DNA of 32,000 nucleotides from Mycobacterium tuberculosis H37Rv (GTDB lineage Bacteria; Actinomycetota; Actinomycetes; Mycobacteriales; Mycobacteriaceae): NCBI RefSeq assembly GCF_000195955.2, contig NC_000962.3, positions 3,720,001 to 3,752,000 of the forward strand. Direction: 5' to 3'. Of the stretch, positions 9,364-23,606 are shown one piece after another. A model generated the notes under the pieces. The model ran no database searches, was not told where the DNA came from, and was given only the letters and a program-made list of their open reading frames with translations. Within the stretch, counting starts at the first letter, position 1. The number at the start of each line of letters is the position of its first letter. The translations under genes were made by a program, and so were the position numbers.

Positions 9364-12300
9364 TTAGGGCCCGGTGCCGGTGTAAATCAGGCCCGCCAGT
9401 TGCTGGCCGACGTTGCCGAAGCCGGAGACCAGGGCCGAGGTGATCAGGCCCAGCGCGCCGGTGTTGTACACACCCGAGATGTCCGCGCCGCGGTTGAGGA
9501 TGCCGGAGAGTTGGGTGCCGAAGTTGGCGAAGCCCGACGCCGATCCGAGCAGCGGATCCGAGATCGCGTTGAGCACGCCCGACATGCCCGCGCCGAGGTT
9601 GTGGAAGCCCGACAACCCGCCGCCACCGCCGATGTTGAAGAACCCCGACGACGGGACCGCGGTGGTGTTGCCGAATCCCGGGACGGGCGGGATGACCAAC
9701 CCGGCGTTGATGGGGCCGAGCAGCGCGTTGACGTCGAGAACCACTGGGATTCGGTCGATGGTGATCTCCAGAGGGAAGGCGAAGGCGGGGGTGGCGCCGG
9801 ACAACGCGAGGCCCAGCGGGAGTTGGGGAATGGTGATTTCCGGGCTCACGAAGGGTCCGATGGTGACGGACAGGGGCAGCTCGACATGGATTGGATCGAC
9901 GGGTATGTGGAATCCCGGGATGGTGATTTCCGGTGTTAGATGGGTCACGCCAAGCGAACTCAGCAGCACGGTGAATGGCAGAATCTCGCTGGGCGCCGTT
10001 TGGATGGCGGGGACATTAACGTTGATGAACCCCAGCAGCGTAAGGCTGAATGGATCGATGATGGAGCCTGAGCTGAATATCGGGCCCACGGTGACACCGG
10101 TTGCGGGGTCGAGTCCCAGGGCGGGAATCGTGATGTCCTGGACGGTGATGGGGCCGAGGTCGAAGACTGGGTCGATGCGAACCGTGATCGGGGAAATGGA
10201 CACCGGCGGGATGGTGAAGCCGCCGATGTGGCCGGTTGCGCTGAGGTCCAAGGGAATTGCCGGAAATTGGATCGACGGAACGATGATGGGTCCGGCGCCG
10301 CCGGACGCGTGGATGTTCGCGACAGTGAATTCGGGAATGATGGTGCTGGTGTAGGAGAAGCCGAGCAGGCCCTGGTAGTCGCCCCGCCAGAAGGCGCCGT
10401 TGCTGTAGTTGCCGGAGATGAAGGCGCCGGTGTTGACGTCGCCGGAGTTGGCCACCCCGGTGTTGATGTCACCGGTGTTCAACCAACCCGTGTTGACACT
10501 GCCCGGGTTGAAACCGCCCGTATTGGCCTGCCCCGCGTTGAAACTGCCGGTGTTGTAGCTACCCGCATTGACCACACCCGTGTTGAACCCACCCGCGTTG
10601 AACAACCCCGTGCTGGCAATCCCCGAATTACCGATCCCGGTGTTATAACTCCCCGAATTGAACACCCCCCAGTTCCCGGTGCCAGAGTTAAAGAACCCCA
10701 CATTACCGGTCCCCGAATTAAACAACCCCACATTCCCGCTGCCGGTATTGAAACCACCGAACCCGGTCAGATTATCACCGGTCAACCCAATACCGAAATT
10801 CCCACTGCCGGTGTTAGCGAACCCAATATTGCCCACACCCATATTCGCCAAACCGAAATTGTAGCTGCCGGCATTACCAAACCCGATATTACCCAAACCC
10901 ATCAGACCCGGCGTTAACCCCGAATTCCCGAGCCCAAAGTTGCCCCACCCGACATTGCCCAACCCGACATTGTTGCCGCCGATATTGCCGCCACCCACAT
11001 TGAACCCACCGACGTTGCCCGCACCCAGGTTAAAGTCCCCGACATTGCCCAACCCGACATTGCCCAACCCCACATCGGCCAACCCGAAATTGAGGACCAG
11101 ACCCTGATGCAGCGCCGTCCCGCTCGCCAACAATCCCGACAACTGCTGACCGACACTACCCAAACCCGACACCAACGCCGGCGCACCCAACCCCAACACG
11201 CTGGTGTTGAACAGCCCCGACATGCCAGAGCCGAAATTCAGCACACCCGAATGCAGCGTGCCGGCGTTGAAAACACCCGAACCCCCACCCAGCAACGCCG
11301 ACGGAGCCTGATTCCAGCCACCCGACACCATCGCGCCGACATTCCCAAACCCCGACACCCCACCCGCACCGGAGTTGAAGAAACCCGACGACGGAGCACC
11401 GGTCGTATTCCCGAACCCCGGCACGGCGGGAAGGTCGATGAGGATGTGAACGGGGCCGAGCGTGCTGTGGGCCACGAGGTCAAAGGGGATTTCGCCGATG
11501 GTGATTGCCGGAATGGTGACGGCGCCGGTGCCACCGGACAGGTTGATGCTCAGCGGGTTCATCGCGGGGATCGTGAGGCCGCCCGGGAAGATGTCGACGG
11601 GCTCGCTGTGGCCGGTAATGCTGGCCAGCAGCGGGATCTCGTCAATGGTGACGACGGGGGTGCTGAACGGCAGGTTGGCCAGGAAAGCCGTGATGGTCCC
11701 TTGCGACGAGCTAGCACCGATGACTATCTGGCTTAACGCCAGGGGGGTAAGGCCGATGGGGGTGTTGAAGAGTCCCGTAATCGGACCGATTTTCAGGGGC
11801 CCGCCGGGTTGTGAGCCAAACAAGTAATTCAGCGTGACGGGCACCCGTGGAATATCGAGGTGCGGGACGGTGATGGGGCCGAGGCCGACGCTGACCGTGG
11901 TGGCGGCCAGGTCGATCTGGGGAATCGGGATGCTCGGCACAGTGAAGCTGTCGATGGCGACGTTGGCGCTGAACTCGGGGCGGATCGCGGGAATGTCGAT
12001 GGCGGGGATAACGACGGAGCCCAGTCCGCCGGTGAGGGTGAGGTCCAGGAACGGCGTTTGGGGAAGCACGGCGGGGCGGTAGGAGAAGCCGAGCAGGCCC
12101 TGGTAGTCGCCCCGCCAGAAGGCGCCGTTGCTGTAGTTACCGGAGATGAAGGCGCCGGTGTTGACGTCGCCGGAGTTGGCCACCCCGGTGTTGATGTCAC
12201 CGGTGTTCAACCAACCCGTGTTGACACTGCCCGGGTTGAAACCGCCCGTATTGGCCTGCCCCGCGTTGAAACTGCCGGTGTTGTAGCTACCCGCATTGAC

Positions 12301-15300
12301 CACACCCGTGTTGAACCCACCCGCGTTGAACAACCCCGTGCTGGCAATCCCCGAATTACCGATCCCGGTATTATAACTCCCCGAATTGAACACCCCCCAG
12401 TTCCCGGTGCCAGAGTTAAAGAACCCCACATTACCGGTCCCCGAATTAAACAACCCCACATTCCCGCTGCCGGTATTGAAACCACCGAACCCGGTCAGAT
12501 TATCACCGGTCAACCCAATACCGAAATTCCCACTGCCGGTGTTAGCGAACCCAATATTGCCCACACCCATATTCGCCAAACCGAAATTGTAGCTGCCGGC
12601 ATTACCAAACCCGATATTACCCAAACCCATCAGACCCGGCGTTAACCCCGAATTCGCCAACCCGACATTGCCAAACCCGACATTGCCCAACCCGACATTG
12701 TTGCCGCCGATATTGCCGCCACCCACATTGAACCCACCGACGTTGCCCGCACCCAGGTTAAAGTCCCCGACATTGCCCAACCCGACATTGCCGCCACCGA
12801 GGTTGCTCAACCCCACGTTCGGGCCGACGATCCCGACCGCGGAATTGAAGCCCGAGATCAGGTTGTTGGCGATGCTCCCGTCGAACAGGCCCAACAGTCC
12901 CACACCCAGGCCCGGGACAGCCAAACCGCTGAAGGGATCCGACGTGGTGGTGGTGGAGTTCCCTGAGCCCGGCTCGGTGATGATCGGGATGTTGATGGGG
13001 CCCACCGGGATTGTGACGTCCACGTTCAGCGGAATTGCGGGCAGCACGGTGGCCGGGATGAAGACGGCGTCCTCGAGGTTGATGGACACGTCGATAGGCA
13101 GGATTTCGTGCAGAATCATTGACTTTACGGTGGATGCCGGGGAACCGAAAGAGAAGTTGAGCGGTATGGATTCACTGACAGTGGGCAACGGGATACTGAG
13201 TCCCGCCATGGTGATGGGAATAGAACTTCCCGGAATTACAATCGGATTCAGTTCGATGCCGTCTCTGAAGTCAAACAAGAAAAGAGTCTGACCGACCGAC
13301 ATGAACAGCTGGGCGGGCTGGGTCTGTATATTCGTGATTTGGATTCCGGAGATATCGATGCTTCCCGTGATGCCCAGGCCGGACAGCAGGGTAGTGGCCG
13401 GGGCGTTAAAACTCACATTGACGTTTCCGTCGAGGCCAAAATTGATGGCGGGGATGGGGATGTCCGGGACGGTAAAGGGGCCGACCTCGAGGTTTCCCGT
13501 GACGGTCAGGAGGGGATTTAGCGCATCCACAACGGTGGTGGTCGGGATGCTGATGGGGCCGATGCCGCCGTTGAGGGTGAAGTGAAATGGAAACAGCCCG
13601 CTGGTGAGGCCAAAGCCGCCTGGGACCGCCGGAATGGGGCCGTTGGCCGGGGTTGGCGGGATGTAGTCCCACCGGAACGGGAAAGGGCCAATAGAAAGGG
13701 TGGTGTGCAGGTCCACCGGGATGCGGTCAACCGTGAAACCCTGCGGGAACACGGTGAATCCACCGGTGCCGACGGAGAAGTTGGTGAGGCTGACCACGGG
13801 GTTTTCCGGGAACGCCAGGCCGCCCGGGAATAGCGTGATGCTGTCCAGGCCGCCGGTCAGGTTGACGGTCACCGGTGTTTGGTCGGGAACGGTGAGGCCG
13901 GCCGGGAACAAGGCCAAGGACGATGTGGACAGATTGAAAGTCGCGCCGAACGGGCCGGGGATCGTGCCCGGGCCGCCGTAGCTGCCGATGATGGGTCCAT
14001 TGATCTGCAGGTCGCTGATGCTGAGGTAGAACGACCCGGAGGGGAATTTCGCGCCGGGTGGGCCTAGCGGCGGGCCGTAGTGGTCGATCGTGATGAACGG
14101 GTCCGGCAAGACGACCGGGTCCGCGGTGATTTCTGCCATGGCGGTTTGCCCGAAAAGAACAAACGCGGGATTCACGTGAAAACCCTCGAGGCCGACGGTT
14201 CCGGTCACGTGGATCGGGATCGCGGGAATGGTGATCTCCGGGAGAGTGAATTCGCGGATCCCGATGAATCCCCCGGTGATTTGTATGTCGAATGCCGGAA
14301 TATCGATGGGCTGGACGTGGATGGGACCGATCCCGCCAATCACCTGCAGGTCAATGGGGATTTCGGAAATGGTGAAAAGGGTGCCGGGGGTGAAGGGGGC
14401 CAGGACGTTGATGTTGTTGCCCGTTAAGAAGAAACCGGTGTTGTGGCTTCCCGAATTGAATACGCCCAAATTCCCGGTGCCGGAGTTGAAGAACCCGACA
14501 TTGCCGGTACCCGAATTGAACAATCCCACATTCTCGCTGCCCGAATTGAAACCACCGAACCCAGTCAGATTGTCCCCGCTGAGCCCGATACCGATATTCC
14601 CGTTGCCGGTATTGGCCAACCCGATGTTGCCGATGCCCATGTTCGCCAGGCCGAAATTGCTGCTGCCGGCATTGCCGAACCCGACGTTGTCGAACCCGAT
14701 ATTGCCCAATCCGAAGTTGTTGCCGCCCAGCGCGCCGCCCGACAACATCCCCGACAACTGAGTACCTACATTGCCGATACCCGACATCAACGTGCCGGAG
14801 TTGAAATAGCCCGAAACCGTTCCCGGCAACACCTGCATGGCCTGGGTGGACTGGTTAAACCAGCCCGAGGTGTGCGCGCCGACGTTCCCGAATCCCGACA
14901 CCCCGCCGGCGCCGGTGTTAAAGAAGCCCGAGGACGGGGCGGTGGTCGAATTCCCGAACCCCGGCGACGCCGGAACGTTGCCGCCCACGATGTCGACGGG
15001 CCCGACGCCGCCGATGGCGTGCAGGTTCAGGGGGATGTTGTCGATGGTGATTGCCGGGGTGCTCAGGGCGTTGATGTGGCCAATCACGTTGATCGCCAGC
15101 GGAAGTGGTTGCTCGGGAATCGAGAATCCCGGAATGGTGAAGGCCTCGGTGCCTGCCGTTACGCCAAGAGTCAGGGTGAGCGGCCCCCCGGTGGGAATGC
15201 TGAGGCCAACCGGGAAAAGGGTGAGGGCTGGGGTGGAATAACTGAAGGTTACTGGGATGGAAAACCCGGTATTGATATGTATTGGGCCGATCAAGGTTGT

Positions 15301-16935
15301 GGGAATGGGGGAAGGGCTGAGGGCGACCTGTTGGATTTGGGGAATTGTTATGGACGAGACGGGCCAGGCCAGCGTGATGGTTTGGTTGAAGTTTTGTGCC
15401 GGCCACAGGGTGATGGGATTGATTTTGATGGGGCCGATCGAAATATTGGGTATGCCGACGCCGAGCGAGATTGCCGGGACGTTGATGGGCGGGACGACCA
15501 AGGGTCCGAGGTAGAGGGTTTCGTTGATGTTGATCGGGATGTCGGGAAGTATGTGGATGGGCTCGATAGTGATGGCGCCGACACCACCGTTTATGTCCAG
15601 GCTGAGGGGAATGACAGGAAGAACGTTCGCTCCCGAGGAGAAGCCGAGCAGGCCCTGGTAGTCGCCCCGCCACAAGACGCCGTTGCTGTAGTTACCGGAG
15701 ATGAAGGCACCGGTGTTGACGTCGCCGGAGTTGGCCACCCCGGTGTTGATGTCACCGGTGTTCAACCAACCCGTGTTGACACTGCCCGGGTTGAAACCGC
15801 CCGTATTGGCCTCCCCCGCGTTGAAACTGCCGGTGTTGTAGCTACCCGCATTGACCACACCCGTATTGAACCCACCCGCGTTGAACAACCCCGTGCTGGC
15901 AATCCCCGAATTACCGATCCCGGTGTTATAGCTCCCCGAATTGAACACCCCCCAGTTCCCGGTGCCGGAGTTAAAGAACCCCACATTACCGGTCCCCGAA
16001 TTAAACAACCCCACATTCCCGCTACCGGTATTGAAACCACCGAACCCGGTCAGATTATCACCGGTCAACCCAATACCGAAATTCCCACTGCCGGTGTTAG
16101 CGAACCCAATATTGCCCACACCCATATTCGCCAAACCGAAATTGTAGCTGCCGGCATTACCAAACCCGATATTACCCAGACCCATCAGACCCGGCGTTAA
16201 CCCCGAATTCCCGAGCCCAAAGTTGCCCCACCCGACATTGCCCAACCCGACATTGTTGCCACCGATATTGCCGCCGCCCACGTTGTAGCTCCCGACGTTG
16301 CCGGCCCCCACGTTGTAGCTGCCGACGTTGCCGCTTCCCGCGTTGAAGAGGCCAACGTTGGCCAAACCCAGATTGACGGCGAGCGACTTGGCCGGCTCGG
16401 CGGCGGCCGCCAGGCTTGCCAGCGGCGAGCCAAACGGCGCCAACGCCTCGGCCGCCGCCGAGGCGCCGGTGTGGTACCCCAGCATCGCGGCCACGTCCTG
16501 GGCCCACATCAGCTCGTAGTCGAACTCCGCGGCCGCGATCGCCGGCGTGTTCTGGCCGAACAGATTCGATAACGCCAGCGACACTAACCTCGACCGATTG
16601 GCCGCGATGACGAAGGGGTCCACCGTCTCGGCCAACGCCGCCTCGAACACACCCACCACCGCCCGGGCCTGCCCGGCCGCCGACTCGGCGGAGGCCGCCG
16701 CCGCGCTCAACCACCCCGCATACGGGGCGGCCGCCGCCGCCATCGCGACCGAGGACGGCCCCTGCCAGATACCACCGACCAGCCCCGAGGTCACCGACCC
16801 GAAAGCCGCCGCCGCCGAGCCCAGCTCGGCGGCCAGCTCATCCCAGGCCGCGGCCGCCGCCAACAGGGGGCCCGGACCCGCCCCGGTATATATCAGCAGG
16901 GAGTTGATCTCTGGCGGCATTACGACAAAACTCAT
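9364..16935 (-). CDS. PPE54: PPE-family protein, MPTR subclass (2523 aa)
   Basis: N-term [45 protein letters not shown] (PPE domain) followed by hundreds of NxGxGN/FNxGxxNxG-type pentapeptides. Confidence 0.97.
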   Translation of the reverse strand: MSFVVMPPEINSLLIYTGAGPGPLLAAAAAWDELAAELGSAAAAFGSVTSGLVGGIWQGPSSVAMAAAAAPYAGWLSAAAASAESAAGQARAVVGVFEAALAETVDPFVIAANRSRLVSLALSNLFGQNTPAIAAAEFDYELMWAQDVAAMLGYHTGASAAAEALAPFGSPLASLAAAAEPAKSLAVNLGLANVGLFNAGSGNVGSYNVGAGNVGSYNVGGGNIGGNNVGLGNVGWGNFGLGNSGLTPGLMGLGNIGFGNAGSYNFGLANMGVGNIGFANTGSGNFGIGLTGDNLTGFGGFNTGSGNVGLFNSGTGNVGFFNSGTGNWGVFNSGSYNTGIGNSGIASTGLFNAGGFNTGVVNAGSYNTGSFNAGEANTGGFNPGSVNTGWLNTGDINTGVANSGDVNTGAFISGNYSNGVLWRGDYQGLLGFSSGANVLPVIPLSLDINGGVGAITIEPIHILPDIPININETLYLGPLVVPPINVPAISLGVGIPNISIGPIKINPITLWPAQNFNQTITLAWPVSSITIPQIQQVALSPSPIPTTLIGPIHINTGFSIPVTFSYSTPALTLFPVGLSIPTGGPLTLTLGVTAGTEAFTIPGFSIPEQPLPLAINVIGHINALSTPAITIDNIPLNLHAIGGVGPVDIVGGNVPASPGFGNSTTAPSSGFFNTGAGGVSGFGNVGAHTSGWFNQSTQAMQVLPGTVSGYFNSGTLMSGIGNVGTQLSGMLSGGALGGNNFGLGNIGFDNVGFGNAGSSNFGLANMGIGNIGLANTGNGNIGIGLSGDNLTGFGGFNSGSENVGLFNSGTGNVGFFNSGTGNLGVFNSGSHNTGFFLTGNNINVLAPFTPGTLFTISEIPIDLQVIGGIGPIHVQPIDIPAFDIQITGGFIGIREFTLPEITIPAIPIHVTGTVGLEGFHVNPAFVLFGQTAMAEITADPVVLPDPFITIDHYGPPLGPPGAKFPSGSFYLSISDLQINGPIIGSYGGPGTIPGPFGATFNLSTSSLALFPAGLTVPDQTPVTVNLTGGLDSITLFPGGLAFPENPVVSLTNFSVGTGGFTVFPQGFTVDRIPVDLHTTLSIGPFPFRWDYIPPTPANGPIPAVPGGFGLTSGLFPFHFTLNGGIGPISIPTTTVVDALNPLLTVTGNLEVGPFTVPDIPIPAINFGLDGNVNVSFNAPATTLLSGLGITGSIDISGIQITNIQTQPAQLFMSVGQTLFLFDFRDGIELNPIVIPGSSIPITMAGLSIPLPTVSESIPLNFSFGSPASTVKSMILHEILPIDVSINLEDAVFIPATVLPAIPLNVDVTIPVGPINIPIITEPGSGNSTTTTSDPFSGLAVPGLGVGLLGLFDGSIANNLISGFNSAVGIVGPNVGLSNLGGGNVGLGNVGDFNLGAGNVGGFNVGGGNIGGNNVGLGNVGFGNVGLANSGLTPGLMGLGNIGFGNAGSYNFGLANMGVGNIGFANTGSGNFGIGLTGDNLTGFGGFNTGSGNVGLFNSGTGNVGFFNSGTGNWGVFNSGSYNTGIGNSGIASTGLFNAGGFNTGVVNAGSYNTGSFNAGQANTGGFNPGSVNTGWLNTGDINTGVANSGDVNTGAFISGNYSNGAFWRGDYQGLLGFSYRPAVLPQTPFLDLTLTGGLGSVVIPAIDIPAIRPEFSANVAIDSFTVPSIPIPQIDLAATTVSVGLGPITVPHLDIPRVPVTLNYLFGSQPGGPLKIGPITGLFNTPIGLTPLALSQIVIGASSSQGTITAFLANLPFSTPVVTIDEIPLLASITGHSEPVDIFPGGLTIPAMNPLSINLSGGTGAVTIPAITIGEIPFDLVAHSTLGPVHILIDLPAVPGFGNTTGAPSSGFFNSGAGGVSGFGNVGAMVSGGWNQAPSALLGGGSGVFNAGTLHSGVLNFGSGMSGLFNTSVLGLGAPALVSGLGSVGQQLSGLLASGTALHQGLVLNFGLADVGLGNVGLGNVGDFNLGAGNVGGFNVGGGNIGGNNVGLGNVGWGNFGLGNSGLTPGLMGLGNIGFGNAGSYNFGLANMGVGNIGFANTGSGNFGIGLTGDNLTGFGGFNTGSGNVGLFNSGTGNVGFFNSGTGNWGVFNSGSYNTGIGNSGIASTGLFNAGGFNTGVVNAGSYNTGSFNAGQANTGGFNPGSVNTGWLNTGDINTGVANSGDVNTGAFISGNYSNGAFWRGDYQGLLGFSYTSTIIPEFTVANIHASGGAGPIIVPSIQFPAIPLDLSATGHIGGFTIPPVSISPITVRIDPVFDLGPITVQDITIPALGLDPATGVTVGPIFSSGSIIDPFSLTLLGFINVNVPAIQTAPSEILPFTVLLSSLGVTHLTPEITIPGFHIPVDPIHVELPLSVTIGPFVSPEITIPQLPLGLALSGATPAFAFPLEITIDRIPVVLDVNALLGPINAGLVIPPVPGFGNTTAVPSSGFFNIGGGGGLSGFHNLGAGMSGVLNAISDPLLGSASGFANFGTQLSGILNRGADISGVYNTGALGLITSALVSGFGNVGQQLAGLIYTGTGP
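10352..11090 (-). repeat. MPTR block A of PPE54 (near-identical to block B)
   Basis: Shared sequence from gtaggagaagccgagcaggccctggtagtcgccccgccagaaggcgcc to ...catcagacccggcgttaaccccgaattc. Only scattered mismatches are visible by eye. Confidence 0.8.
12079..12785 (-). repeat. MPTR block B of PPE54
   Basis: Near-identical to block A (offset ~1.73 kb). Confidence 0.8.
15636..16345 (-). repeat. MPTR block C of PPE54
   Basis: Near-identical to blocks A and B (offset ~3.56 kb from B). A diverged, shortened block lies at ~14430-14790 between them. Confidence 0.75.
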
Positions 16936-16983
16936 GCCGCCAGCCCTTTCCCGTGCGTTCCCAACATCGCTGTCAACCGGTGA

Positions 16984-18438
<1,455 letters not shown>

Positions 18439-21400
18439 TCAGGCTGCCCCCGCCAGCACCGGCGCCGCCGTTGCCGCCGGCCGCGCCGGCGCCGCCCGTG
18501 GTGCCGCTGCCACCGCTGCCGCCGCTGCCGCCGTGGCCGGCGGCGCTGGAAGTGCCGCCGCCGTTGCCGCCGGCGCCGGCGGCACCACCGGCCAAGCCCG
18601 CGACGCCGGTGCTGTTGCCGGAGTTGCCGCCGTTGCCGCCGTTGCCGCCGTCGCCGCCGGTGGCACCGCCGCCGTGGCCGCCGTTGCCGGCGCTGCCGCC
18701 GGCACCGCCCTGGCCGCCGGCGCCCGCGGAGCCGTTGCCGCCGTTGCCGCCATTGCCGCCGTTGCCGCCGTGGCCGGCGGTGACGTTGACGACGCCTGAG
18801 CCGCTGGCGGCACCGCTGCTGCCGTTGCCGCCCTTGCCGCCGGCGCCGCCCGTCGTGCCGTCGCCGCCGTGGCCGCCGTTGCCGCCGTTGCCGCCGTCGC
18901 CGCCCACAGCGTTGCCGAAGGACACGCCGGCGACACCCGCGTTGCCGCCGGCCCCGCCAGCACCGCCCGCGCCGTTGAGGCCAGTGCCCCCATTACCGCC
19001 GGCACCACCGGAGCCGGCGTTGCCGGTGGTCGTGCTTTTGCTGCTACCGCCGTTACCGCCAGCGCCACCGGCCCCTCCGGCACCGCCCGCGTCGGTGCCG
19101 ATACCGCCATTGCCGCCCGCGCCGCCGGAGCCGGCGTCACCGCCCAAACCGACGTTCCCGCCGTCGCCGCCGTTGCCGCCCTTGCCGCCGGCGCCGCCGT
19201 CGCCGCCCGTGGTGCTGACGCCGCCGTTGCCGCCGGCGCCGCCGTTGCCGCCGAGGCCGCCATTGCCTTCGGGGCCTCCCGGACCGCCGTAGCCGCCGTT
19301 GCCGCCGGCGCCGCCAAACCCAGTCTCGGAGACGCCGCCGTTGCCGCCGAGGCCGCCGTTGCCGCCTAAGGAAATGCCGCCACCGCCGTCGCCGCCGCTA
19401 CCGCCGTTGCCGCCTGTGCGCCCTTCCCCGCCGATGCCGCCCTGGCCGCCGAAGCCGCCGACCCCGCCGGCACCGCCGTCCCCGCCGGCGCCGCCGACAC
19501 CGCCAACACCGCTAGCAAAGTCGCCCGCGCCGCCGGGACCGCCGGCGCCGCCTGGGCCACCCAACCCGGTGCTAGCGAAGCCGCCGGCACCGCCATTGCC
19601 GCCAGCGCCGCCCGTTGTCGCGGCGACGTCAACGGCGCCGCCACCGCCGGCGCCGCCGAAGCCGCCGAGGCCGCCGTTGATCATGCCGGCACCGCCATTG
19701 CCGCCGTTACCGCCTTTGCCGCCCGTGCCGAAGAAGCCGGCCTGGTTCAGCGCCCCACCGCCGTTGCCGCCGTTGCCGGCGTCACCGCCGTTGAGGCCGG
19801 AGCCGCCGTTGCCGCCGTTGCCGCCGGCCGCGCCGCTCCCGTTGCCGGCGGTGCCGCCCTTGCCGCCGTTGCCGCCATTGCCGCCGTTACCGCCGTTGGG
19901 GGTGATGCCGTCGGTGCCGTCCAAGCCCGTCAAGGAGCCGGTGCCGGCCTTGCCTCCGGTGCCGCCGACGCCGGCGTTGCCGCCGTTGCCGCCGTTGCCG
20001 CCGGTACCGGGGTTTCCTACGGTGCCGCCGCCCGGCAGCATGGCCCCGCTGTTTAGGCCGTTTTCGCCGGCCCCGCCGTCACCGGCTTTGCCGCCATCGC
20101 CGCCGTTGCCGCCGTCGCCGCCGGTGCCCGTGGCGCCGTCGGTGTACCCGGCCGCCTGCGCCTTGCCGCCCGCGCCGCCATTGCCGCCGGCGCCGCCGTC
20201 GCCACCGTTACCACCGCTACCGCCGTTCTCGCCGTTTGCGCCGTTAGCATTGGGGCCGGCGCCGTCGGCGCCTCTCTCGCCGGCGCCGCCGATGCCACCC
20301 TGGCCGCCGTTACCACCCTTACCACCGTTGCCGCCGTGGCCGGCCAGTGTTCCGCCGGCGCCGCCCGCCCCGCCGTTGCCGCCAGCCCCACCGTCGGTGC
20401 CCGAGGTGCCGGAATCACCGCTGGTAGGGCCCGGCGTACCGGCTTGGCCGGCCGCGCCGTTGCCGCCGGCCCCGCCATTGCCGCCATTGCCGACATTCCC
20501 GCCGCTGCCGCCCTTGCCGCCGTCACCGCCGTTGCCGCCCGCGACGGTGGGGCTGGCGCCGTTGCCGCCGTTGCCGCCGTCACCGCCGCTGGTGGGTGCG
20601 GTGCCATCGGCGCCGGTCGCACCCTTCATGGCTGGAATGGCGCCCTTGCCGCCGGCCCCACCCTGGCCGGCAACGCCCACATTGCCGCCGTTGCCGCCGG
20701 CACCGCCGTTGCCGGCCTTAGCGAACGTGGCGAAGGCGTCACCACCCTTGCCGCCGATGCCGCCGTTGCCGCCGTTGCCGCCCTGTCCGCCATTCGCGCC
20801 ATTGGCGGACGCGGAGAAGTCTTGGCCGTTGGCTCCGGCGCCCCCGTTGCCGCCCTTGCCGCCGTCCCCGCCCGTGCCGGCCGCCGATCCGCCGTTGCCG
20901 CCGATGCCGCCGTTGCCGCCGTTGCCGCCGTTGAGGGCAAGGCCGGTGCCGGCGACGCCATTTCCGCCGGCACCACCCGCACCGCCGTTACCGACCGACC
21001 CGCCATGGCCGCCGTTACCACCGGCGCCGCCGTTTTCTCCCGCGACGGTGGGGGTGGCGCCGGCACCTCCGTTGCCACCGTTGCCGCCGCTGGTGGGCGC
21101 GGTGCCGTTCGCCCCGGCCGAACCGTTCAGGGCCGGGTTCGCGCTAACACCGCCGGCCCCACCCTTGCCGCCAACGCCCACTTCACCGCCGTTGCCGCCG
21201 TCACCGCCGGCACCCTGGTTGACGGCCAAGGTCACATCACCGGCGGCACCGGCTCCGCCATCACCGGCCTTGCCGCCGTCACCGCCCTTGCCGCCGTTGC
21301 CGCCCATACCGCCATCGGCACCGGGCGAACCCAAGGTGGCGGCGTCGAATCCGTTTCCGCCGGCGCCGCCGCTACCGCCGGCACCGCCCTTGCCGCCGAC

Positions 21401-23197
21401 GCCGCCGTCGCCGTGCTGGGCGCCGCCATTTCCGCCATTACCGCCGTGGCCCCCGGCGCCGCCATTGGTGCCGTTACCGCCCGTCGGTTGTAAGGCGGTA
21501 CCGGTAGCGCCGGTGGAACCCGCATGACCGGCACCGCCGGCGCCGCCGGTGCCGCCGTTGCCGACCAACCCGCCATGACCGCCATTACCGCCGGCCCCGC
21601 CGGCTTGTAGGGGTGAGTTGGCGGTGGCGCCGATGCCGCCATCGCCGCCGTTGCCGCCGCTGGTGGGGGTGGCGCCGGCGGCACCGTGCGCACCCGCCAG
21701 CAGGCCGCCGGCCCCACCGGCCCCGCCCACGCCGGGGTTGCCGCCGTGACCGCCGTTACCGCCGGCACCGTTGTTGACGGCGAAACTCGGATCGCCAGCG
21801 CCGCCCTTACCACCGTCGCCGCCGACGCCGCCGGCCCCGCCGGCCCCGCCGTTGCCAACCAATAACCCGCCGCGCCCGCCGTTGCCGCCGGTTCCGCCGT
21901 TGCCGCCGTCGCTGCCGTCGCCGCCGTTGAGGCCGGCGGCACCCGGCAGGCCCGCGGCCCCGGCCCCCCCGGCGCCGCCGTTCCCGAACAGCCCGGCGTC
22001 GCCACCGTTGCCGCCTATACCTCCGATGCCGCCGATCCCGCCGGCGCCGCCGTTGCCGTAGACAAATCCGCCGGACCCGCCGACGCCACCATTGGTGCCG
22101 GCGCCGCCGGACCCGCCGGCCCCGAACAACCAGGCGTTGCCGCCGGCACCACCGTTAGCGCCGGTCCCGCCGGCCCCGCCGGCCCCGCCGTTGCCGTTCA
22201 ACCACCCGCCGGATCCGCCGACACCGCCGGCAGCGCCGGCCCCGCCGGACCCGCCGGACCCGCCGTTGCCGAACAACCCGGCCGCGCCGCCGGGCCCACC
22301 GACTTGACCGGCCGCCCCCGAACCGCCGTTACCGCCATTACCCCACAACAACCCCCCGGCCCCACCGGGCTGCCCGGTCCCCGGCGCCCCGTGAACGCCA
22401 TCACCGATCAGCGGGCGCCCCAACCACAGCTGTGTGGGCGCGTTGATCGCACCCAACACTTGCTGCTCCAGCGCCTGCAGCGGTGATGCATTCGCCGCCT
22501 CGGCAGTCGCATACGCGCTGCCAGCCGCGGTCAGCGAGCGCACAAACTGCTCATGAAACGTCGCCACCCGGGCGCTCAACGCCTGGTACTCCTGCGCGTG
22601 GGTACCAAACAACGCCGCGATCGCCGCCGACACCTCATCACCGGCGGCCGCCAACACCTGCGTCGTCGGGCCCGCTGCCGCCGCATTCGCCGCGCTGATG
22701 GCCTGCCCAATCCCGGTCAAGTCCGCCGCGGCCGCCGCCACCAGCTCCGGCGCCACCATCAGCGACATGACCATTCCTCCAACACCAATGGCGCGTACAG
22801 CCGGCTCGCGCGAGCCTTGACCGCCGGCGGCAACCCGAGCGATCCCATGGCCCTAGGCGGTTCTCGGGCGAACGCCACGTTTAGCGGATCGATTCACCCG
22901 GTCGTTGCGTTGCGGCGCAGCAATAGACATCTCGAAGCACTCCGGCTGCCAATCTCGTCGCGTTTATTCTGCTCGTGACCAGCGCAGGAAAGGGGGGGAT
23001 TACGAAAGTCTTCGGGATCTCAGTGCACAGTGCACACATGTTTAACCAATCACCGTGGCATAACGCACACCAAAGGCCGAGAGCGCGGAAAACGCAGAAC
23101 ATCAATTGGATCGGTTGCTAGCTTTGCCGCACCGTGGTCAGCCGCGCCAGGATCGGTCGGCAATGGCACCACCGGAGCAGGCGAAAGGTACCCGGTT

Positions 23198-23455
23198 CTA
23201 GCCCGTCCCCAACGGGTCAATGGTGGATGCGATATAGACCATGGCCGCCGCGACCGTCACGGTCGTCACGAAATCGATCCCCTTGCTGCGCACCACCAAC
23301 AGGCCGGCCCGTTCCTCGGACAACACCAACCGCAGCACCGCCGCCACCCCAACGCCGATACCGATCAGCAGCGCACCACGGCGCCAGAAGTTGACCCCCG
23401 CCAGGATCGGCCACTGGGCGCCAACAGTGCGCCGCAAAACGGCCCTCACGGTCAT
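23198..23455 (-). CDS. Small two-TM membrane protein, DUF3017-like (matches Rv3346c)
   Basis: 85 aa: WPILAGVNFWRRGALLIGIGVGVAAVLRLVLSEERAGLLVVRSKGIDFVTTVTVAAAMVYIASTIDPLGTG. Confidence 0.8.
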   Translation of the reverse strand: MTVRAVLRRTVGAQWPILAGVNFWRRGALLIGIGVGVAAVLRLVLSEERAGLLVVRSKGIDFVTTVTVAAAMVYIASTIDPLGTG

Positions 23456-23481
23456 CGCCGCTCAGCCAGCTCCACGACACT
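23452..23481 (-). pseudogene. Remnant of folD 3' end
   Basis: Minus strand encodes ..SVVELAERR* overlapping the next gene's ATG (ATGA). This equals the FolD C-terminus (..VVELAERR) as I remember it. Confidence 0.6.
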
Positions 23482-23511
23482 TGTCAGCAAGGACGCCCGG
23501 GGCGAAGGGCG

Positions 23512-23562
23512 TTCGCCAAGTCTGTAGATGAGCTGCGGGAGATGGCCGACGGCGAGGGTTGA
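23512..23562 (+). pseudogene. Remnant of relJ/YefM-type antitoxin 3' end
   Basis: Encodes FAKSVDELREMADGEG*, resembling the remembered RelJ C-terminus AFTKSVDELREMAGGEE. Degenerate similarity (VSKDARG) may extend left to ~23483 in a different frame. Confidence 0.65.
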
Positions 23563-23606
23563 GAAGCGTCAACTTCGATCGTGATGCCTGGGAGGACTTC
23601 TTATTT
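23559..23606 (+). pseudogene. Remnant of relK/YoeB-type toxin 5' end
   Basis: TTG start overlapping the antitoxin TGA; encodes LRSVNFDRDAWEDFLF, resembling the remembered RelK N-terminus VRSVNFDPDAWEDFLF. Similarity then ends abruptly and a stop follows at 23631-23633. Confidence 0.7.

Noticed and set aside
14443-16200. 585-aa plus-strand ORF antisense to PPE54, with repeats such as [21 protein letters not shown]
   Set aside because: It is a shadow of the MPTR coding strand; its periodicity is fully explained by the opposite-strand pentapeptides and high GC. There is no SD, domain or independent conservation signal.
19299-21527. 742-aa plus-strand Pro-rich ORF antisense to PE_PGRS50 ([11 protein letters not shown]...)
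   Set aside because: It is the reverse-strand reading of GGxGG PGRS codons; no start context or plausible non-repeat domain.
22881-23105. 74-aa minus-strand ORF (MMFCVFRALGLWCALC...) near the AGTGCACAGTGCACAC repeat upstream of PE_PGRS50
   Set aside because: No SD or homology I can recognise. The short repeat is not a clear operator, and the region is most likely non-coding upstream sequence.
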